Of a stretch of DNA of 59,750 bases, positions 19,361-26,317 are shown one piece after another. Positions within the stretch are counted from its first letter, which is position 1; the number at the start of each line of letters is the position of its first letter. The notes under the pieces are model-generated. The model did no database searches. It was given only the letters and a program-made list of their open reading frames with translations, and had not been told where the DNA came from. The position numbers and the translations under genes were made by a program. The stretch is from Minisyncoccota bacterium (GTDB lineage: Bacteria > Patescibacteriota > Minisyncoccia > Phycocordibacterales > Phycocordibacteraceae), in the NCBI GenBank assembly GCA_022841985.1, contig JALHQL010000007.1:1-59750 (forward strand). Reading direction: 5' to 3'.

Positions 19361-20626
19361 ATGTGGATCTTAAAGATGTTGCTTTCCCCTTTGTTTTTCT
19401 TCATGAAGTGGCTCGCGGAAGAGAATGTTCTCTTTACCGCGTGTAAAGAGGGTACGGTAAAAGCCGTAATGGCAAGCGACTCGTTCGATCACTTCATTAT
19501 GAGTTCCGCTGGATACCACTTAAATGATCCAAGGAAAAAAGGCGGGAAAGCCAAGCTCTACATAGAAAATATTACGGTTAAAAGTACCGGTGGCGACGGG
19601 AAAGAAACACAGACAGTGATAGAAATCCCAGACTGGGAGGTTCTCTACCATGGGAAAGGTAACACTCTAGGGTTTACCGAATTTGAGGATAGCTATTATG
19701 ACGAACGTGGCTGGATTCTCAAACATCTCGGCCTCTACTGGATCGGATGGCCATGGTCACATAATGTCTATGTGTATCAGTTCGAGTGGAACGAAACCAT
19801 TACTAACGAAACATCTGGAGAGGAGGAAATCCTCCCGCTGAGTAACCCGTCCGACTTTATCTTTGTGAAAGATTTTGTCTATGCTATCAAAACCGTTGGA
19901 GCAGAGACCAGAGACCGTCTCACAACTGATGAGCTCACGTTCGTCACAATCGCGATACGAAATCCGTATCGCGCTTTGTTCTCAGGTGAGGACTGGTTAC
20001 TGCGTACCACTGCTGATATCAACCGGCATGTACGAAACTTTATCGGGAGCAGAAACTACGCGGAATTAATTTCTCCCGTCGAAGATGACGACGATAGTTC
20101 CTCGGGGGGGAAATCCAATGGGAGCGAACTGGGAACTACTGAGTCAAGGGAAAAAAGTGCCAAGTTACAAAGATACTGGGCACAATTCTCTGATCCCATT
20201 ATTGAGCTTAATGAACATTTACCTGACGATAAGCCCGGGAGAAAACCTTTTGGTCTGCAAGGCCGATATGGGGTAGAGATACGTGGTGCCGCATTACAGA
20301 CAATAGATCTCTCCGGCGAAAGGAAAGAAGAGCTTGAAAAAGCCGCAACGAAAATATATGTTGCTCGACAAGAAGCAAAAGCGATCAGACTTACCGCTGA
20401 CGCAACTGGATACTCCATCCAAGTAACAGGTACGAGAGAAGCGGAAGCTCTTGCTTCACGACTCGCAATTATCAAAGCGAACGGCGACGCAGGAATGCTA
20501 CTTGCTCAACTCGATGCGATCCAAGCCGCAAAAGGTGCAGGAAGTCAGGTTATTTGGGCGAACAATCCATTTGCCCCAATTACAGGACTACTAAAACCTG
20601 AAGTGAAAGGGGGCGAGACGTCATGA
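19361..20626 (+). CDS. SPFH/band-7 domain protein with large insertions
   Basis: Start moved to ATG 19361, 7 nt after AAAGGAGG. N-terminal hydrophobic segment. SPFH-like core (...ETRDRLTTDELTFVTIAIRNPYRALF...VRNFIGSRNYAELIS...GVEIRGAALQTIDL). C-terminal Ala/Glu-rich helices (ARQEAKAIRLTADATG...REAEALASRLAIIKANGDAG). Confidence 0.7.
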   Translation: MWILKMLLSPLFFFMKWLAEENVLFTACKEGTVKAVMASDSFDHFIMSSAGYHLNDPRKKGGKAKLYIENITVKSTGGDGKETQTVIEIPDWEVLYHGKGNTLGFTEFEDSYYDERGWILKHLGLYWIGWPWSHNVYVYQFEWNETITNETSGEEEILPLSNPSDFIFVKDFVYAIKTVGAETRDRLTTDELTFVTIAIRNPYRALFSGEDWLLRTTADINRHVRNFIGSRNYAELISPVEDDDDSSSGGKSNGSELGTTESREKSAKLQRYWAQFSDPIIELNEHLPDDKPGRKPFGLQGRYGVEIRGAALQTIDLSGERKEELEKAATKIYVARQEAKAIRLTADATGYSIQVTGTREAEALASRLAIIKANGDAGMLLAQLDAIQAAKGAGSQVIWANNPFAPITGLLKPEVKGGETS

Positions 20627-21414
20627 GTATGATTGCAGAGATAAGTTTATTCTCGTGGATTATATTCGGGATTGCTTTCCTTCTCATAATTGGTCTAGGT
20701 CTGCTCATTGCTCTTCGAATGAAAAATCCGCACTCAAAGAGAAAAGAACATGAGCAGGCGCGACTTGACAAGAAAAGAGGGATTGCTTCACCTCTTACTA
20801 CTTCCGATGTGGAAAGTAAGACACGTTTTGAGCGGTATACAGAAAGACTCAAAACTTGGAAGAAAGTGTTCTTGAATCTGGGAATCGTCATCGTCGGGAT
20901 ATTCCTCTGGTACATGGTGCCTACTACTGGAATACACCCCGCTGACGTAAGCTCTTGGAGTAAAGAACATTGGCTCCAAGTCCTCATCGTCTATGGTATC
21001 GTCGCCAGCCTCATCTGGCTTAATGCGGATGAGAAATCAGCAAAAGTGCTTCAGAAAGTTCTAGTCGGAGGGGTATTCATACTCCTCTTCGTCCTCCCAA
21101 GCTGGTTTTGGATTTCGAGTCCGTCGAGCACGGCACAAAGCAACAGCTCGCGCTTCGAGACTCCTCTCACGAGCTTGCCGAAGTCGGACTGGCCCAAAAT
21201 GGCTATACCAGCGGGCAGAAGTGCACACATTTCAGTTCCTCCGTACATGCATGCGGACGTAATTGGAGACGGTGTTACGCTCGAAAACGTGTATCAGAAC
21301 GGACAAGTGTGTGCGTTCGGGAAGCCATGCGCCGATGGCCCGCTTAAGTTTATACGCGCAACAAACGGAACAGGAAGAGAGATTGTTATCTCTTACGCCT
21401 TCGTTCCGATTTGA
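20623..21414 (+). CDS. polytopic membrane protein (4 predicted TM) with C-terminal soluble domain; partner of the SPFH gene
   Basis: ATGA overlap with the SPFH gene. Hydrophobic helices at residues ~8-32, ~83-100, ~118-135 and ~147-165. ~90-aa C-terminal domain. No family recognised. Confidence 0.7.
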   Translation: MSMIAEISLFSWIIFGIAFLLIIGLGLLIALRMKNPHSKRKEHEQARLDKKRGIASPLTTSDVESKTRFERYTERLKTWKKVFLNLGIVIVGIFLWYMVPTTGIHPADVSSWSKEHWLQVLIVYGIVASLIWLNADEKSAKVLQKVLVGGVFILLFVLPSWFWISSPSSTAQSNSSRFETPLTSLPKSDWPKMAIPAGRSAHISVPPYMHADVIGDGVTLENVYQNGQVCAFGKPCADGPLKFIRATNGTGREIVISYAFVPI

Positions 21415-21433
21415 AGTTCTTTGTTCTTTTAAC

Positions 21434-21475
21434 AAAAGGGCTACACGACAATGTCGTGTAGCCCTTTTTCTTTTT
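21434..21475. terminator. bidirectional rho-independent terminator between convergent operons
   Basis: aaaa-gggctacacgac-aat-gtcgtgtagccc-tttttcttttt. Confidence 0.75.
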
Positions 21476-21493
21476 ATCATCCCTTTATTTATG

Positions 21494-21772
21494 TTATCTA
21501 GTTCCTTGTATTGTGTTTTGAATGTCTGGCTGATTAAAAGTCCCGAGCGCGACATTGATAATCCCGTAAGCGCCAAAGATAACTACGAGTCCGATAAGAC
21601 CCCAGAGGATAGCCTGCTTCCCTTCCGCGCGACTACCTTCGTCTCCTGCATCTTTGATGAATACAAATACCCCCCAAAGGAAAACGACAAACGCGCCCGC
21701 CGAGAGAAGCAGAATTATCGGATTGATAATCTCTGCAACGACATTTGAGAGAAACTCGTTAAGAACGGACAT
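21494..21772 (-). CDS. VirB2/TrbC-like two-TM mini-protein, paralog 6 of 6 (last in operon)
   Basis: 92 aa. Layout is TM1 - acidic/basic loop - TM2: FLWGVFVFIKDAGDEGSRAEGKQAILWGLIGLVVIFGAYGIINV. Confidence 0.75.
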   Translation of the reverse strand: MSVLNEFLSNVVAEIINPIILLLSAGAFVVFLWGVFVFIKDAGDEGSRAEGKQAILWGLIGLVVIFGAYGIINVALGTFNQPDIQNTIQGTR

Positions 21773-21774
21773 TA

Positions 21775-22140
21775 TTATCTAAGACCGCTTGCGCCAGGTA
21801 GATTCGTCTGAGTTTGATTGAGGCTGACGGAACCCGTAAGAATATTCACAAGACCCCACACTGAAACCATCACGAAAAAACCTATAAGACCCCAGAGCAT
21901 GAGGTTCTTTCCCTTTTCTTTAACCTCCTCTGAGTTAGCACCAAGAATAAACGCCTCGAACGCACCCCAGACGAAGACGATAAATGCGACAGCAAAAATT
22001 ACCGGAACAAGAACGTTGTTGATGGTATTGATAACGAAATTGCCGACGCCAGTGATGTTGGTGATTGTCTGTGCGGAAGAAACAAATGGTACTGCAAATG
22101 AAGCGAGAATTCCTGAAGTGAGGGCAAGAGCTTTTTTCAT
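21775..22140 (-). CDS. VirB2/TrbC-like two-TM mini-protein with signal peptide, paralog 5
   Basis: Start moved to MKKALALTSGILASFAVPFVSSAQ (ATG 22140). Core FVWGAFEAFILGANSEEVKEKGKNLMLWGLIGFFVMVSVWGLVNIL. Confidence 0.75.
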   Translation of the reverse strand: MKKALALTSGILASFAVPFVSSAQTITNITGVGNFVINTINNVLVPVIFAVAFIVFVWGAFEAFILGANSEEVKEKGKNLMLWGLIGFFVMVSVWGLVNILTGSVSLNQTQTNLPGASGLR

Positions 22141-22225
22141 AATGTGGATAAGTGAATAATGCAATGGTAATTGTAACGTCCTTACTGGCAGAGTCAATTA
22201 TATTCTTTCCCCTCGTGGGGACATC

Positions 22226-22531
22226 CTAAATTGAGACTTGCGGCGAAGGCGGAGCCAAATTCCCCGGACTCCCTGGGCCAACGCCGAGAGTAACACCGAC
22301 CATAAACACAAGCCCCCAGACCGAGACAATGACGACAAAACCGATGATGCTCCAGAGAACGAATTGCCGGCCTTCAGCACGCTTGTCGTCGCTATCGGCT
22401 CCAAGAATAAAATAAGTATAGACGCCCCAAAGGAATGTGAGGAGCGCTATCGCCATCAAGACTGGCACAAAAATGAAATTGATAATGCCCATAATATCGT
22501 AGGCATACCTTTGTAGAATGGTCAGATTCAT
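22226..22531 (-). CDS. VirB2/TrbC-like two-TM mini-protein, paralog 4
   Basis: Core FLWGVYTYFILGADSDDKRAEGRQFVLWSIIGFVVIVSVWGLVFMV. Confidence 0.75.
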   Translation of the reverse strand: MNLTILQRYAYDIMGIINFIFVPVLMAIALLTFLWGVYTYFILGADSDDKRAEGRQFVLWSIIGFVVIVSVWGLVFMVGVTLGVGPGSPGNLAPPSPQVSI

Positions 22532-22540
22532 ATGCTATGA

Positions 22541-23053
22541 CTATCTCGGCGGGAGTCCCCCAAACGGCGAGAATGACGTCGGAGGACGCGGCATGAACCC
22601 CGTGAGACCAAACGTATTTACAACGACATTCACAAGTCCCCATACCGATATCATGACCGCAAATCCTATGAGACCCCAGAGGATAATCTTATGGCCACTC
22701 TTGACAGCCTCTTCATCACCGCTAGATAAAATATAAGCCTTAGCAACGCCGTAGAGGAATACTATGAAGGAAATAGCGAAAAGAAGCGGGACTAATACAC
22801 TGTTGATAATGCTGATGATCCTAACTCCGAGGCCGCCAATACCGAACGATCCTCCACCAAATCCAAACATACCTCCAGGCACGACCGAGACGCCGCCTGA
22901 GTAAAATTGAGATGTCTGTGAACTAACGCCTGGTATTGTCTGCGTGAAAGTTTGTTGTTGCGCCGGTTGAGCAAACACCAGTGTAGGCGCAAGGAGCACT
23001 CCAAACCCTACAACAATACGTGCTATTAATTTCATATGCCGTAAGTATCGCAT
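22541..23053 (-). CDS. VirB2/TrbC-like two-TM mini-protein with signal peptide and Gly-rich N-domain, paralog 3
   Basis: Signal MKLIARIVVGFGVLLAPTLVFAQ. Core FLYGVAKAYILSSGDEEAVKSGHKIILWGLIGFAVMISVWGLVNVV. Confidence 0.75.
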   Translation of the reverse strand: MRYLRHMKLIARIVVGFGVLLAPTLVFAQPAQQQTFTQTIPGVSSQTSQFYSGGVSVVPGGMFGFGGGSFGIGGLGVRIISIINSVLVPLLFAISFIVFLYGVAKAYILSSGDEEAVKSGHKIILWGLIGFAVMISVWGLVNVVVNTFGLTGFMPRPPTSFSPFGGLPPR

Positions 23054-23054
23054 A

Positions 23055-23339
23055 TTATCTTGCAGTAGGCGTGATACCGAGAGTGAACAACAAGATATTC
23101 ACAAAACCCCAGACCGAAAAGAGCACCACCATACCGAGAATTCCCCAAAAAATAAATTGCCGGCCTTCAGCGCGCTTGTCTTCGTTGTCTTGATTAAGGA
23201 AGAAATAGCTTATAACACCCCAAATGAAAACGCCGAAAGCAAGCGTGGTGATGACTGGTATAGCGATAGTATTAAGAGCTCCGATGATGCCCGTAGAACC
23301 ACTGCCAATGAATTGTGCAAATGTCATATCAGTTGCCAA
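23055..23339 (-). CDS. VirB2/TrbC-like two-TM mini-protein, paralog 2
   Basis: Core FIWGVISYFFLNQDNEDKRAEGRQFIFWGILGMVVLFSVWGFVNIL. Confidence 0.75.
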   Translation of the reverse strand: MATDMTFAQFIGSGSTGIIGALNTIAIPVITTLAFGVFIWGVISYFFLNQDNEDKRAEGRQFIFWGILGMVVLFSVWGFVNILLFTLGITPTAR

Positions 23340-23874
23340 CAGAAATCGCCTGTACGGTCGCCTGAATTCCTAGAGATATCGCTTGTGAACCAAGGAGAAT
23401 TAACGCGCCGATGACAGTCCAGAGAAGTGCCTTCTTCGCCTCGGTAATCTTCGTTTCGCTTCCTTGCGCTACAACGAACAGGTAACCGACATACACCAGC
23501 ATTAAGATAACGGCTATGGCACCGATTTGAATCACAAACTCCAAGATTCTATTGAGAAACTGCATCAAGCAAGTACCATTTGGGGTGCAGTCGCCAGTAT
23601 TGAGCGGATTGATGAGGGTTATATTCGCGCCAGGGATGTTATTTGCACTTGATTGAACTGGAGAGACATTGTTGACCGATGACTGTGTATTTCCCGACGG
23701 CGTAAGCACTGAGGTGCAGTTTCCGCTTATATTAAAGTTGGACATGCTGCACCTGGAGCCGATGGGACAATCAGCATCGGACCTGCACGATGATGACAAT
23801 GCTTGTGCCTGCGCAGAGGGTGCTGCGCCCACCGCGAGTATCACAAATAGCAACGTGGCGAAAAAGAAACGCAT
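23329..23874 (-). CDS. VirB2/TrbC-like protein with signal peptide and Cys-rich N-domain, divergent paralog 1
   Basis: Signal MRFFFATLLFVILAVGAAPSAQA and a Cys-rich ~90-aa segment. Then IGAIAVILMLVYVGYLFVVAQGSETKITEAKKALLWTVIGALILLGSQAI, with the same TM-loop-TM layout. Confidence 0.7.
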   Translation of the reverse strand: MRFFFATLLFVILAVGAAPSAQAQALSSSCRSDADCPIGSRCSMSNFNISGNCTSVLTPSGNTQSSVNNVSPVQSSANNIPGANITLINPLNTGDCTPNGTCLMQFLNRILEFVIQIGAIAVILMLVYVGYLFVVAQGSETKITEAKKALLWTVIGALILLGSQAISLGIQATVQAISVGN

Positions 23875-23876
23875 GG

Positions 23877-25187
23877 TTATTGCTCGAGAAGCGCGTTCAA
23901 AGAACGCTTGGCGTCGGTGAGTGCCGTATCAGGCTTTGAGCGACCGCTTATCACATTGCCAATCATACCCGAGAAGACACGGTCGACATCGATAGATGTT
24001 GGGGACAGCCAGCCCCTGCTGTAAAGCGCAGCGGGGTATGAGACTGCGGCAATAGGATCAGAAGGAGGCACCTTCGCGAGCTCATTTAAGGTCGCTGGCG
24101 CGAGTCCGGTTGCTGCGGCTGCGGCAACTTGCGCGCTCGAATTAGCAAACAGCAAAGCGGTTTGGTATGCACCATTTGTATTCTTTGCTCCATGCGGAAT
24201 CATAAACGCATACACGAGACCATAGACGCTCTTTGCTTGTGCAAGCGCACTCTGCGGCACCGGCGTCACATTAAAATTGAGATTTGGATTTGCCGCTTGC
24301 AGATAACGTGCTTCAGAAACATACCCGAGATAGAGCGCGAGATCACCCGCAAGAAACATTTGTGTAGAGTTCGAGAGCGAAGTATTCCACGTGTACGAGA
24401 CCTTCGAGGGGTCAGCAAATTGAGTATAGAAGCCGAGCACTGCCGATCCGGACGATGAATTTTTTGATGATCCTTCGCCAAGATCGGCAACCAGGTTGCC
24501 ATTTGTCGAATACAAAGACATCGGAATTCCCTGCTGCAGAAATAGCGTGGAGAGGATTCCTCGCGCATTATTGACATTATCGTAGGTCCCAAGAGCTATG
24601 AGACCACGCGTAATCTGCTGTGCTGGGGTAAGAACGGCTATATTTGGTACAAGACCGATCAGCGCCTCCCATGTGGTGGGCGGTCGCGCGATGCCATTAC
24701 TTGAAAGAATGGAGGTATTTGAAAAGAGTACAAGCGGATCAACAAGAAACGGTATGCCATAATGGCCGACTCCACCCGACGCGGAAAAAAGTTTTCCCTC
24801 ATCAAGAAATGTGTTTCTAAAGAGATTTATAGAGAGCGTTTCAAGCGGTATCGATATGATGAATTTCTTAAGCGAATGAAGCTCCTCCTGAGAGGCGAGG
24901 ATAAGGTCCGGAGAGGCACCGGTCGCTATCGCGATAGCAATATCAGAAGACAGCGTTGCTGGATTTTTCTGTACATACGAAACCTCCTTGAACTCCTCAC
25001 TGGACTGTGCAAGCGCGGTGATGGCTGACTGCATTCCTTCTTTCGGCAGCGTACCCCATATAACGACCGGACCGATTGTATCAGCGCCTCCTCCTGTGCT
25101 TGAATATGTTGCGAAGACAAACAGGCCGGCAAGCGCCGAGAATCCGAATACCCCAAGGAGAATCGTTTGGAAAAGAGATAATTTCAT
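23877..25187 (-). CDS. membrane-anchored extracellular solute-binding-protein-like protein
   Basis: N-terminal TM ILLGVFGFSALAGLFVFA. Then VVIWGTLPKEG...ATGASPDLILASQEEL..., the pattern of family-1 SBPs. No ABC permease or ATPase genes are adjacent. Confidence 0.6.
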   Translation of the reverse strand: MKLSLFQTILLGVFGFSALAGLFVFATYSSTGGGADTIGPVVIWGTLPKEGMQSAITALAQSSEEFKEVSYVQKNPATLSSDIAIAIATGASPDLILASQEELHSLKKFIISIPLETLSINLFRNTFLDEGKLFSASGGVGHYGIPFLVDPLVLFSNTSILSSNGIARPPTTWEALIGLVPNIAVLTPAQQITRGLIALGTYDNVNNARGILSTLFLQQGIPMSLYSTNGNLVADLGEGSSKNSSSGSAVLGFYTQFADPSKVSYTWNTSLSNSTQMFLAGDLALYLGYVSEARYLQAANPNLNFNVTPVPQSALAQAKSVYGLVYAFMIPHGAKNTNGAYQTALLFANSSAQVAAAAATGLAPATLNELAKVPPSDPIAAVSYPAALYSRGWLSPTSIDVDRVFSGMIGNVISGRSKPDTALTDAKRSLNALLEQ

Positions 25188-25720
25188 GGTGAGGTAAAGA
25201 CGATCCCGTAATGATGCGGCCCCGCGCGGAATGATTTCATTTTATGGAAACCGGCATTGATAAAAAAGTCTTCGGCATCATGCTCAGACACGACTTGTTT
25301 GAGTTCCGGGCCCATGCCGCCGTAGCTACCCGCCCAGTCGACTACCAGAAGTTTACCACCTGATTTTAGCACGCGCTTGATCTCTCCCAGAAGTCCGAAA
25401 CGATTTTCGACCTGGAAGAGTGTATTGGCGAGTATGATGACATCGAGCGACGCGTCGCGCAGGTGCGTACCGCCCGGTTTCTCAATATCGCCCCAGACAG
25501 TATCGATAATGCCCTGATGATGAGCGTGCGTGTTGAGCTTCAAGTGCTTGAGCACATTTTCCTGCACATCAATCGCATAAACTCTGCCGCTATGGCCCAC
25601 CATCGCCGCTGCCGCGCGCGAATAGTGACCGGAACCTGCACCGAAGTCCGCAACTTTCATTCCTTCACGCAAGCCTAACTGCAACACATTTTCACGCGGA
25701 GTACTGAATGAAGCGCTCAT
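25184..25720 (-). CDS. class I SAM-dependent methyltransferase
   Basis: Motif I VADFGAGSGHYS, motif II-like VYAIDVQ, LKSGGKLLVVDW. 4-nt overlap with the downstream gene. Confidence 0.8.
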   Translation of the reverse strand: MSASFSTPRENVLQLGLREGMKVADFGAGSGHYSRAAAAMVGHSGRVYAIDVQENVLKHLKLNTHAHHQGIIDTVWGDIEKPGGTHLRDASLDVIILANTLFQVENRFGLLGEIKRVLKSGGKLLVVDWAGSYGGMGPELKQVVSEHDAEDFFINAGFHKMKSFRAGPHHYGIVFTSP

Positions 25721-25980
25721 GCCTATAACCTACCACACACGGCCCGTTGCGGGCCGTGCAATCAACACTGTACGCACCCCATGTCTTTATCGAGAAATGT
25801 CCTTTACTCAATAAATTAAATGGAGCGTCCTATTTCTCTCCTCTATGAGGACATAAAGACTGTTGAAAAATTTTCCGATCGTTTCAGAGTAACGCTGTCC
25901 ACAGGGTGTTTTTATACTAAAGGGGTAAACTTGTTGACAGGAACACGAAAGACAGGTCTTTTGCACGGAACAAGAATTAA

Positions 25981-26068
25981 GGAGGGGTGGCAGAGAGGTA
26001 ATGCATCCGGCTTAAAACCGGACGATGTCGGCAAGACTGCGCGGGTTCGAATCCCGCTCCCTCCGCCA
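25981..26068 (+). tRNA. class II tRNA with anticodon TAA (Leu by anticodon) but Ser-like acceptor and discriminator features
   Basis: Acceptor ggagggg/tccctcc, discriminator G, encoded CCA. D arm gca-gagaggtaa-tgc, anticodon arm tccgg-ctTAAaa-ccgga, 18-nt variable region, T arm gcggg-ttcgaat-cccgc. Confidence 0.8.
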
Positions 26069-26317
26069 ACCCAAATCTTGTTCCGTACAAAGGAACCGTC
26101 TTATTGGCCCTCGGCCCGCCATTCACTCGTTTCCGTATGCACTAACCTTAGCATACTACTAGCGCAAGTACGTGCAGTTTGTGAATAACGTTAAGAGCGC
26201 CTCAAAAAGCTTCCAGATGCAAGGCGCGAGCGAGAAGCGAATCGAGCCGCACTAAAACGTGCGGTGAGTGAGCATCGCAGTGAGCAACGAAGCAGATGAA
26301 ACTTTTGGTGCGCTCTA

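Noticed and set aside
25820-26188. 122-aa plus-strand ORF
   Set aside because: It reads straight through the tRNA gene at 25981-26068. There is no RBS and no domain.
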